Virus record (IMG/VR): IMGVR_UViG_2534682025_000001
Span: 1-64,000 of that record
From: a virus
Taxonomy: Duplodnaviria; Caudoviricetes
Direction: 5' to 3' (one strand)
Length of the DNA stretch: 64,000 bases
The notes beneath the pieces are model-generated. The model worked only from the letters and a program-made list of their open reading frames with translations, was not told the DNA's origin and did no database searches. The translations under genes and the position numbers were made by a program. Shown here piece after piece: positions 47,601-57,000 of this stretch (the stretch's first letter is position 1; each line of letters opens with the position of its first letter).

Positions 47601-50427
47601 CATTCTTTTCGGTTAAAATTGCAGTCGATCTTGCATTAGCTTCTTGCAGAATCGCAGTATTTCTAGCTGTAGCTTCAGATGCAATAGCAGTATTGCGATT
47701 CGTTATTTCTTGAGTAATTGCTGATTGACGGTCTACGATTTCTTGAGTTAAACCATCATCCAAGTCTTGTACTGCTGAAATCCGTTGTTGAGTCTCCTGA
47801 TTTAAGGCTGTATTTAGCTGATCTGCCTGAGTCTGTACTGCTGTGATATTGTCAATCAAATTGCCGATATCACCATCAAGCCCTGCAATCGTATCGATCT
47901 TATCAATCTTGGTTTGCAAATCTTGATGTAGTTGACTTTCGGTGATCTTATTGGAAAGTAAATCCAGAACAGCAGAGGCATCCGCAGATGTAGTCGCACT
48001 TACACGCGCAGACCATGGCCCAATGTTTCCAATCCGGTCAATCAAGCGACCACGGAACCAGCGGGTCAGATTTGGCTGCATGCCTTGAAGTTCATGTGTG
48101 TCTGTCGGGTAGGCAAATAAACCGAGTTGAGCAGCATTGGCACCATTTGTTGTGCTTGAGATTTCAATTTCCGTATAAGCGGCATCAAGCGCTCCAACCG
48201 CAGGAAAATTCCAGTTCAGGCGATAACCGAACAGAATGCCAGTCGCAGACAGGTTGGCCAAAGCAGGTGGTAGACCAGTTTTACCGGTTAATGCTGTCAG
48301 CATGGAATACGTTGGCAATGAAGCAATATCAAATGCAGAAATTGCAGTGACACGCGCTTCATAATTACCGGAATAAATACCCTGTACTTCTACCGAGTTA
48401 CTACCCGTAATTGGCAATTTAATCCAACTACCATCATCCTTGCGCCACTCCACCTGATACTTGGTTGCGCCTTGTGCCTGTGGCCAAGCAATAATCATGG
48501 TTTCAACAGATAGACCCTGTTGCACCATGCTTTCAGATGAGATTGATACAGACTCCACTGGTGCCTGAACAGTCGGATTAATGATGGAAATCGGACGCTC
48601 ATCAATAAAAGCACCGAAATCGATTGCATCATATTTAGCTGATTCATATTGCAAGCCAGTGATTGAAAACTGATGTTTGTCGTCTTGAGTAATACTCATG
48701 ACGCGAAACTTCATGGTTTTCAAATCTTGCGCATCAACTGCCCAGACATTCTCTGGTGCAACAGAATCGAATGCAGTGGTCACAGTGATATTGCGCCCAT
48801 TTACGGATGACACGATTCGAGCCTGTGCTTTTCCATCTTCACCATTCACCACTAGACGATCACCGGCACGGCACACCACATCATCACGATCTAAAGTAAT
48901 GGTGCGTAAATTTGCAGAAACTTTGGAGATACGACCACCGTTGGCACGACCTGAAAATAGCTCGTCTGAAATTTCAATCACACGACCCGGCTGTGGAATA
49001 TAACCATCAAGACCGACCTTAAAAGATACGGTTCGGGTTTCTAGTTGCTCAGACTTTAAAGCCCAAAGACCTGCACGCTGTGCCTGTCCTTCTGAGGTAC
49101 AACCCCATGCATCAATTTCAGCCATACGCACGCCAAGTTTTGCAATAGCCGCTTCATCACGCACATACACATATTCAGTTTTGTAGTGATTTGCAGGGTT
49201 ATCCCAAGCCACTTTTGCAACCGTATGACGGTCACGCGCACGGGTGCCTGTGTATTCAAACAGACCATCTATGACGTTGGCGCGTGTGTAAGTAAAATAA
49301 GTGTCCTGTGGAATGTCAGCATCGCAAACAATTGAGTTGCCATCCCAATAACTGATTGCGCGGAATACGCCCGCCAATTTGCTTAAAATTACATAAGCAT
49401 CTTCAGTTGATTGCAGATATACATTACAAGTAAAACGTGGCTCTTTTCCGCCTTTGCCATCATCCACCATTTGGTCGCAATACTGTGCAAGGCGATATAA
49501 AGACCATTTATCCAGCATTGCAGACGTTAAGCGGTCGCCTAATGCATAGCGTTTTGAAGTGCAAATGTCGTAATAAATCCACGCAGGGTTATTGGTATAA
49601 GCGCGTTTAAATGTACCATCCCACATGCCTGTATAGGTACGCGCAACTGGATCGTAATTTGACGGGACTTGAAGCTTAATACCTTTTAAATCGACTGCAA
49701 CTTTTGCCACATTAGAAAATGTTTCAGCATCATATTGCAGGCCAAGCATAGCGGTATTCGGGTAGCTAAGTTTTAGATCAATGACTTCAGTGATTGCATC
49801 CACATACATCTTGTCGCTGATGTATTCAGATGTGGAGTTAGGTGTAATGCGACGCACGCGAATCGTCCAGCCGGTATCTGCTTTAGGCAAATCAATACGA
49901 TGTGAGCGCTCATAGTTTGCAGAGGTTTTATCGGCAATTTGGGTATTTAAAACTTCGGTCCATGTGCCACCATCAGCCTGAAGGTCAACCGCATACTGAA
50001 TGACGATGCCTTTTACATCTCCATTCTCAGCATTCTGCTGACGCAATGGCCCCCACTTAAAGCGTAAACGGATTGCATCCAGATCAGTATTGGTAAGTGA
50101 GCGAACCCAAGGTGTATCAGACTTTAATTCGACGTTAATCGCGCTCTCAGATGAGATATCCGGAAAGCCTTCGATATGAGTCTGATCATTAGTACCATGA
50201 CGAAAATCAGCCTGAACATCTTCAAAGTTCCAACCACCCGCCGGATTCTGTAGTGGCGTTTCCTCAAGAAATACCGATTGCAGACCATTGGCCAGGCCCT
50301 CAACTTCACCTTCAGATAGGCCATATAGAATTTTAATATAGGTCTTAGATTGGGCTGAATCTGGTGCAATCACCGCTTTTCTTGCTTTGCCTTGCCCTGC
50401 TTTTGCGCCTTTAATTACTGCGTTCAT
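44668..50427 (-). CDS. Tail tip / host specificity protein J-like, long variant
   Basis: 1919 aa; the first roughly 900 aa are near-identical to prophage 1 J, with extra coiled-coil modules and a different C-terminus. Confidence 0.92.
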   Translation of the reverse strand: MNAVIKGAKAGQGKARKAVIAPDSAQSKTYIKILYGLSEGEVEGLANGLQSVFLEETPLQNPAGGWNFEDVQADFRHGTNDQTHIEGFPDISSESAINVELKSDTPWVRSLTNTDLDAIRLRFKWGPLRQQNAENGDVKGIVIQYAVDLQADGGTWTEVLNTQIADKTSANYERSHRIDLPKADTGWTIRVRRITPNSTSEYISDKMYVDAITEVIDLKLSYPNTAMLGLQYDAETFSNVAKVAVDLKGIKLQVPSNYDPVARTYTGMWDGTFKRAYTNNPAWIYYDICTSKRYALGDRLTSAMLDKWSLYRLAQYCDQMVDDGKGGKEPRFTCNVYLQSTEDAYVILSKLAGVFRAISYWDGNSIVCDADIPQDTYFTYTRANVIDGLFEYTGTRARDRHTVAKVAWDNPANHYKTEYVYVRDEAAIAKLGVRMAEIDAWGCTSEGQAQRAGLWALKSEQLETRTVSFKVGLDGYIPQPGRVIEISDELFSGRANGGRISKVSANLRTITLDRDDVVCRAGDRLVVNGEDGKAQARIVSSVNGRNITVTTAFDSVAPENVWAVDAQDLKTMKFRVMSITQDDKHQFSITGLQYESAKYDAIDFGAFIDERPISIINPTVQAPVESVSISSESMVQQGLSVETMIIAWPQAQGATKYQVEWRKDDGSWIKLPITGSNSVEVQGIYSGNYEARVTAISAFDIASLPTYSMLTALTGKTGLPPALANLSATGILFGYRLNWNFPAVGALDAAYTEIEISSTTNGANAAQLGLFAYPTDTHELQGMQPNLTRWFRGRLIDRIGNIGPWSARVSATTSADASAVLDLLSNKITESQLHQDLQTKIDKIDTIAGLDGDIGNLIDNITAVQTQADQLNTALNQETQQRISAVQDLDDGLTQEIVDRQSAITQEITNRNTAIASEATARNTAILQEANARSTAILTEKNERISADSNLSSRIDTVSASLGNNAAAIQQEAEARASADSAISHRIDSVLAEVDENTAAINQEAIARADADSANASLIETVRAESNQSNQDLRAMVVDESNARVDADRVLAERVTGVEVITNPDMIGSTDDLIGSESGNAGAWSILSAVQEGDLFQAQRTDLLTVSVNNNAANILTEQTARVSADDALSERIDSLNVEFSGNTASINQKLQTLADTDQALASDISGMNARVGDNEANIISESEARADGDTANAQALTDYRSINDTALANVRQTAESAVTATSANTQAVQALDSRVTTAEGNANTAKTNAATALTKAETATTQAGSAASLASQASAIANQAADTADTANQTAATALSTANVAATQSGANATRLDAITLELGDKASTGALSQTDAKVAEHEGKISANTIKIDGVYAQVNPKLIGSTEDLIGSTEGFAGTWTLQSALIEGDMALSQRIDTTVAQIGDNTALIQAETIARANADSALGHRVDTLQAQVGNDLQQNLAAIRSEMSVLADADSALSSRVDTVQASTQIAQSTADQAILDAQSKSAAAEAAAKTYAEAKAKAEADAAKASASSDATAKANAAESAAKAAAALDAKNKADAAEAAAKAVANAAQATANDALGKANTATQNIATVQNQVNTLTTQQGATATQVGTIQTTVGQNTASIQEVSESVNGLYAQKYIKLDVNGKVAGWGGANDGKESNFILNFDSFAIGSGNSTGYYPFIFRNTPFTDPVTGTVFPVSAYLKSAMMDYQSVKTSHIEDLAVKTAKIDNLAVKTANIDNLAVTAAKIGDAQVKTLKIDGEAVTAISNVVYANFQSGRAFEVNSDVGAQLKALMPDYSASGQGYLFGNPIGSFVVNPEGGGVQVDLTASMLYYDTRDAGSNFEKRVYVAVVAGTQVQVVAAVMDSKEAWHSNGFIQSYVINGLSLRWILKGVPNGTVVTLRFCKLTTGGNEAMDNMRQFRGNNVLMTVTSVKR

Positions 50428-50481
50428 ACATTTCCCTAGACAATAAAAAAGGCGCTTAATGCGCCTGTGTTTTTTAAATAT

Positions 50482-51057
50482 TTACATTAAATCTTCTGGA
50501 TATTGTCCAGCACTTGCGATAAAGCCACCAACCTCACGCTGACCGTAAAGCACTGGCACCGGATTACCTTGCGCCACTGTAGTCACAGCACCGCCAAACC
50601 CCTTGTTTGCTTTGTTGCCGTCTTGGTTCTGATCCTGATTCTCAATTTTTGGCATTAGCATCATGGCAATACCGCCGACCATCATACCGACACCTGCGCC
50701 GATTAATGCCACCCCCAGTGGAGCACCAACACCAGTGAATACCATAACAGCACCAACCACTACCAAAACAGCACCAATAATGGTCTGCACCACACCACCC
50801 GCACCCCTTACCTTTGGCACCACCTTGATCACTTTGGCGCTTGTGCTCATGTCGAGTTCAGTTTCAGAAATATTCTGCTTATCCTGAAATACAGCAAATT
50901 CTAAGCCTTGTTCATGTGCATGTAGCATGAAGTGCTCAAAGCCCGGCACCTGAACTGATAAAGCTCTCATCGCTTCACGGGTATTTTCCACATCGAGCCG
51001 AAATTCTTTACCGAACTTCTTGGCTAGAATGCCGTACAACTTAATTGTTTTGAGCAT
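50482..51057 (-). CDS. Tail assembly protein I-like
   Basis: Homologue of 10695-11276. Confidence 0.88.
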   Translation of the reverse strand: MLKTIKLYGILAKKFGKEFRLDVENTREAMRALSVQVPGFEHFMLHAHEQGLEFAVFQDKQNISETELDMSTSAKVIKVVPKVRGAGGVVQTIIGAVLVVVGAVMVFTGVGAPLGVALIGAGVGMMVGGIAMMLMPKIENQDQNQDGNKANKGFGGAVTTVAQGNPVPVLYGQREVGGFIASAGQYPEDLM

Positions 51058-51790
51058 ATCGAACCACCTTTACCACTCGTTCCTGCCACTGTGGGCCAAA
51101 GATTTCACGCACAGATTTACGGCCATAAGGATGGTGCAAAATGAGTGCTGACCCAATGCAAGATTCGGTTTGTTCAGATTTAAGTATGCCATTATCACCC
51201 AACCAGATCACCGCATGATTGACATGCTCGGTGCGTCCGACGCGGCACAGCAGTACATCACCATATTCAGGCTGATCCACTTCAATGAAGCCTTCTTTCT
51301 CAAAGTTATCAAGATAAAGCGAAGGGCTGTCCTTAGACTCCCACCACAGGTCTTGACGCTCATAATCAGGAATGCTGATGCCAAGCTCGCGTTTGTAGAA
51401 ATCACGAACAATGGCATAACAGTCTTGAATGCCGTGAATATAGTTGCGACCAATTAAAGGCGCTTTATATCCGCACGGCTCGTAAACCTGAAATTCAATA
51501 TCGGGATAGGCACAAATCACCCAAGGCTTTTCATGCAGTTCAATTTGAATTAAATCAATCTCAGATGCACGCGCTGAAGCATTTGGATGTGAATGAACAA
51601 AGGCTTGAATTTCACCCAGATCTTCAGCCTTGGCTAAATCCTCATGGTGAATTTCAAACTGATCTTTATGGTCTGAAATATTGCGACACGGAATATATGT
51701 CTTATTCACAATCACACCACAGCATTCACCTGGATAAACTTCAGCAGCATGTGTCTGGATTGCTTTTTTAAGTTTTGCGGTTAGTTTCAT
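51041..51790 (-). CDS. Tail assembly protein K-like
   Basis: Homologue of 11260-12012. Confidence 0.9.
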   Translation of the reverse strand: MKLTAKLKKAIQTHAAEVYPGECCGVIVNKTYIPCRNISDHKDQFEIHHEDLAKAEDLGEIQAFVHSHPNASARASEIDLIQIELHEKPWVICAYPDIEFQVYEPCGYKAPLIGRNYIHGIQDCYAIVRDFYKRELGISIPDYERQDLWWESKDSPSLYLDNFEKEGFIEVDQPEYGDVLLCRVGRTEHVNHAVIWLGDNGILKSEQTESCIGSALILHHPYGRKSVREIFGPQWQERVVKVVRYAQNN

Positions 51791-51911
51791 AGAATGCCTT
51801 TATTTTTGAGCACTTGTCACATTGATGCTGTATTTGTGGTGGGTATGAAAGCAATACAATTCCAGTAGGCTTAAGCACACCACCACATAAACAATATTTT
51901 TTATCACTCAT
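51768..51911 (-). CDS. 47-aa zinc-ribbon-like protein (not in ORF track)
   Basis: MSDKKYCLCGG...YPPQIQHQCDKC; TGATG coupling to the L stop. Confidence 0.6.
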   Translation of the reverse strand: MSDKKYCLCGGVLKPTGIVLLSYPPQIQHQCDKCSKIKAFYETNRKT

Positions 51912-52708
51912 CACATTAAACTCGACGCTGGAAAGCCACCAAAGCGGATTTCATTATTGCGAATACGGCATGAAGACAGTCGGCCAGAGCAGCGATCTAA
52001 CGCAGGGTTGTCCGTTGGCTCGTCTTTATCTGTAAACATGGCTGCACCTGTAAATTGACATTCTTCCCCCCTGTAATTACCCATCGCGCACCAGTGGCAG
52101 TAATTAGAAATCTGTCGAACTGGTATTTTCAGACCTTCAAAATCAATTGGGTTTGAAAGCTCAAAAGTAACGGCTTGAGCATTTTCAGAGGTCTTTTGCT
52201 CGATGTACCAAAGTTGCTCTTTTGCTTCGTTTGATGCGGTCGGGTTGCCAGTGCTAAAGTTTTCAGCATCAAGGTACTTGGCGAGTGTAGTAATAACTTT
52301 GAGTTTTGCACCTGCGAAGTCACCAAGCTGCAAACAAAGAGCAGAAACTGCGTTTTGAATACCGCCGATGTTGTTCGCCATGCTGAATGTTGGTGCAGAC
52401 GCTTTGCCATCGGAGCGCATCTCAAGACCAGATACTTCAAGCGCCATTGGCTCGAATATCTCGCCTTGCCAGATGATATTTCGATGCCATGCTTTTTTAT
52501 CACCAGAATCAAAAGCTTTACCAATCGAGCCTGTATCCGCGCCGATTAACTCAGCCGAGCCAATGGATGTATAAATGCGCTCCCAATCTTCATAAGAAAT
52601 ATGACCATGGAAACGCAAAATACCCGCACCTAAAGCGCGAGCATCGAGTTCAAACAACGTAATCAGGCCATCTACATAGAGCTTTTGAAAATCACTGTTC
52701 AGGGTCAT
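51911..52708 (-). CDS. Minor tail protein L
   Basis: Homologue of 12009-12806. Confidence 0.9.
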   Translation of the reverse strand: MTLNSDFQKLYVDGLITLFELDARALGAGILRFHGHISYEDWERIYTSIGSAELIGADTGSIGKAFDSGDKKAWHRNIIWQGEIFEPMALEVSGLEMRSDGKASAPTFSMANNIGGIQNAVSALCLQLGDFAGAKLKVITTLAKYLDAENFSTGNPTASNEAKEQLWYIEQKTSENAQAVTFELSNPIDFEGLKIPVRQISNYCHWCAMGNYRGEECQFTGAAMFTDKDEPTDNPALDRCSGRLSSCRIRNNEIRFGGFPASSLM

Positions 52709-53687
52709 TGTATGACTCCATTACTGTAGCAACCGCTTCAGCCAAACCAGTAGGTTGAAAGTCAGGTGGTGTAGCTGATTCTGGCATTTCAATTTCAGGC
52801 TGTGGCAGCTCTTGCAGACGCAAGTCAATCCAACGGTTTTCGGTAATATCTACCGGATTATTAAGATCAGCGACAATAGATGCAGTTTCCAGATCAAACT
52901 TTTTCTTATATGTTTTTACTGAGATATCGCCATTTTCCAGTGTTGTATAAATTACTGAAAACAACACATTACCGTTTGCGTCTTTCGGGGTTTCAACATA
53001 CCAGCCTTCTTGCGCGAAACCTGATGAGCCTTTGATCAAGTAATCGCCAACGCCTAATTTTTCAAACTCGATATTCTGCTGTTGTGCTTCGTAGTTGAGT
53101 TCAATTTTATCTGCAAATAATTGAACAATTGGAGATGCCGCTTTGACAAAACCATTTGCGTCAACTGTTGTGTTTCCACTTGAGTAGAGCTTAAACCAAG
53201 AACCCATAGATGAAGTGCCATTGCGTCTTCTGAAGTAGATATTGCCATCATTCAGCGTATCTCTTGTAGCCATCTGAAAGACCCTGTGAGATGCGCTTGT
53301 TCCTCCAGAATTACTTTGAATAACATGACCCCATGAAAGGCTCACACCTGCAGGGAAGGTGCCCGTAATTCCCCCGTTAGATGATGTAATACAAGGCTCG
53401 GTAGAAGTATCAAGATCAATAGTTGGTGATAGCCCTGAACCGTTGGTTAATAGACTCTGAGTTGCTGCCGTACCCAAGCCCAAATTTGTACGCGCTGCTG
53501 CTGCGGTTGTTGCGCCCGTCCCACCCTTATTGATTGGAAGTGCAGCAGGCAATACACCTTGAGCAGTCGCACCCAATTGCGCATAAAGCTCATCATCATT
53601 CTCCTGTAGTTTTGCCGAGCCTGATCGGAACGTGTCACCGCCTGCGCCTGTAGGTGCTGTACCTGGATTAATTGTTTGTTTAGCCAT
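52692..53687 (-). CDS. Short tail fibre-like protein
   Basis: Homologue of 12790-13785. Confidence 0.75.
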   Translation of the reverse strand: MAKQTINPGTAPTGAGGDTFRSGSAKLQENDDELYAQLGATAQGVLPAALPINKGGTGATTAAAARTNLGLGTAATQSLLTNGSGLSPTIDLDTSTEPCITSSNGGITGTFPAGVSLSWGHVIQSNSGGTSASHRVFQMATRDTLNDGNIYFRRRNGTSSMGSWFKLYSSGNTTVDANGFVKAASPIVQLFADKIELNYEAQQQNIEFEKLGVGDYLIKGSSGFAQEGWYVETPKDANGNVLFSVIYTTLENGDISVKTYKKKFDLETASIVADLNNPVDITENRWIDLRLQELPQPEIEMPESATPPDFQPTGLAEAVATVMESYNDPEQ

Positions 53688-53738
53688 AATTTACGCCCAC
53701 AAAAAAGCCCTCATTTGAGGGCATAAAATTGATTGAAT

Positions 53739-54080
53739 TTAAGGTTTAAAGTCTTGGGTGAAAGTGGTGGAGATTGACCACATGCCACCACCCAAGCTGA
53801 TCGGCATATAATCTCCCGCCACCACGCGAACCTCGCCATCCAGTGGTGAATCCCAAAGGAATGAATCAGCACCCTTATGTGCATCAAAAAAGGCCTTGAT
53901 CTCTTGTATCAAAGCCTTTTTGCCTGTTCGCTTGTATGCCCACGTTCCTGACCGATTGTTAATCCCAACACTCGTTCGCTGTGTATATCCATCCCCGAAA
54001 CTGGATTGAAGGACTTTAAAACTTGAGGTTTGGGAGTTTCCGTCTAGGTCATTGCACCAAGTGAATTTTTGATTGCTCAT
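53739..54080 (-). CDS. Minor tail protein M
   Basis: Homologue of 13838-14179. Confidence 0.85.
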   Translation of the reverse strand: MSNQKFTWCNDLDGNSQTSSFKVLQSSFGDGYTQRTSVGINNRSGTWAYKRTGKKALIQEIKAFFDAHKGADSFLWDSPLDGEVRVVAGDYMPISLGGGMWSISTTFTQDFKP

Positions 54081-57000
54081 TTAGATAATAGGCCTCCTTG
54101 TCGTTGCTCTCTGCGAATTACAGCTAGAGTCATATTTTCCATCATTTTCCCTAATTGCTTTGCGTCAGATTCACTGGTTGCAGACCCATCAGAGGCAATA
54201 TTAATGGTTTGTGTGTAATAAACATCGCCACCTGACCCACCGCCATTCGCAAGATAGTTCTTCAAGTCAGCATTCGTCCGACTATCAACAACACGTTCAC
54301 CCTTATCCAAAAGCCATGTACCTTCTTTCGGGATGTTGTCGATACCGTCATGGGCCATGCCGCTCAAGGCCACACCTTGAATTGCCGACATTAGATCATT
54401 GGTTTGTACTGCAACCGCTGCCGCGCCCGCTATCTTTTGCCACATAGTCACATTCGATGGGTCATTCCACGCCGACATGATTGCGCCTTTCGCATTTAAT
54501 ATCGCACTTGAAAGAACAAACCCTTTTTGCATGGCGAATGCAACTTTGTAAGCTGTACTTTCTTTTGCTCCATATGCATCGAGCATTGAACCCATCATGC
54601 CGAACATTGCACCATATCCAGCTAAAGATGCAGCTTGTGTTTGGTTTTGCAAATCCTCCAAGCCTTGATAATACTTAACATCAATTGCAGCCAAACCATC
54701 ACGATATTGCTGATGTGCCTCTTTAAGAGCCTCATAGCGCTCATCATCAGTTGAATAAAGATTGCTAGTCATGATGTCCTGCTCAACACCTACTCGCTCT
54801 TTCTTTAAAGCCGCTTGAGAGTTTGATCGGTCATTTGCTAGCGACCATTGACCGTAACCTTCTGGTGACATAGTGGCTCGTGCGAATATTTCATCTGCGC
54901 CTGATGACAGCCCAGCAATCCGATCATACATCGCCACAGAATCGTTCAAGAATTTATATCGATCTGTAAGTATTTTCTGATTAGCCTCATTCTCAGCTTT
55001 TACACGATCATCCTGAGCCTTAATCCAATTAGCCACATCATCTTCATAGGCCTTCTGTTGAAGTCCTAAAAGACGGTCGCGCTCTGTTGGATCAGTAGCA
55101 AAAGCTTTTTCGATTTCCTTGATTCTTTCTTGGTTATCGTATTCAAGATTTTGCCATTCGTTGTAGTAGCTGACCTGAATAGCCTTCTGCTCGTCGGCTT
55201 GCTCCTGTTTTCTCTTGATCATATCCTCGAGAAATTTATCAAGATCAAGCTCCTCCGTTTTAACCACGGTGGTTGATGCGTTGAAGCTCTTAAGCCATGC
55301 CTGCTCAGAATCCATGCCAAGCGCAATATTTTCACGATAGACTTTCTGCTGAGCAAGCAGTGATTCAGTCATTTTCTCAGCGGAAATAGAGGCTTTATTA
55401 TTGCCCTGACCAGCATAGTAGGACTTGCCAGTACTTGGGTTGGCAACAGAAGCAAACTCCTTTGCTGAACCCAATAGCGCATCATTCAAGGTGGCTTTAT
55501 TGCTTCCTGTAATAAATCCTTTGATTTCAGGCCGCTTTATGGCAACTAAATACTGCTTAAAGATTCTCTCCTGAACCTCCGCAGTAAATTTCTCAGCACT
55601 TGATACAACACCTTTATCAACAGCCTCTTGAAGAGTGGAGTTGATAGTTTGATATTTACCAGCAGCATTAAATTCCTTTGCTCTCTGAGCGGAAAGAATT
55701 TGAGCCACGGTCATATCAGTCAGATTCCGAGTGCTGGCCTTATACCCTCCTTTCTGCCCAAGATTTACGGAATTGTAATTTCCCTCACCACTCGAAATTA
55801 CTGCATCAATTGTACTTGCCTTGGTCAGCTTGGCTTGCTTTTCCTTCTCTTGGGTTATCTTTTTCTCAGCTTCATTTCGAGCATCAGTGGCATTTTTAGC
55901 CTTCATAACCTCGTTATATTCAGTAGTAAACATTTTTTGCAGATCAGCCCTAAGAGATAATCTGCCTTGTTCATTTTTGACAATCGCCCCCTCAACATTG
56001 AGGTATTTTTTAGCCAACTCGATCATGGTGTCGTTATAACCACGATTTGCCAAGGCGGAAGTGATTGCTGAATCCTTAATGTTTTGACCAGATGCTTTTA
56101 GAAGTTTTTTAATTTCCTCACTTAATTCGCCCACTCCAGCGGCCTGCTCTTTGGCCTCTTTGGTCGTCTTTTTCATCGACTTCTCTAAAGCGTCCTGTGC
56201 TCGTTCTGCTGCTTTCAACTCCTTCTTGTTGTCAGAATAAGCTCCGATTAATTTACTTACTTTTGCAAGCTGATCATCGGTAAGAATATTTACGTTCTTA
56301 ATCGCTTCATAGTATTCGTTGCTGTCAATTCTGCCTTGAGATAGTTCGCTATTGAGCTTTTTGAAGGTGTTAATCTTCTCGTCTGCTATCGGCAAACCTT
56401 CCATGAAGGCAAATAGATCAGATGCAGCCACACGGTACTTAAGGCTCAGGTCTTCGACCTGCTGAGCAAGTGCCCTAGTCTCGTTGTCTCGCTGAAGTGT
56501 ATTTAGCTCTTGATATTTTTCAATCAGATCGCTAACTGATTGGCCCTGAGTATCAATTGAAGCGGTGGCCTTATCAGCATTGCCTTTCATTAACAGATAG
56601 CCAGCTGCTACAGTTGCAATAGCAACCCCCATACCAACAGGGCCAAAAAGAACCCCAAGTGCAGCCCGACCAACACCAGCACTAGCAGTTCCTGCTGCTG
56701 CGGATCTTGCTCTTGCTGCCGCCAGAGCTGTTTCTGCTGCTACAAGCTCAGCGGTTGCTTGCGCTTCAATTCGGCGTAGTTGAGCCATACGCGTTGTTGT
56801 AGCCATCCTTCCGGCAGCATTAATCTGTGCTTGCAGCCTCTGTACTTCTAAAGCTTTTTCGGCCGCCAGCGCTGTTAATGTCGAGCGTGTATTCACAATC
56901 TGAGCTTGAGCTTGCGCCAAGGCTGACGCAGCCGCAGCACGCTCCGCATTAATTGCACCATACTGAATTGCAGTCTGGTCAATAAGCTGTTTAGTTTTTG

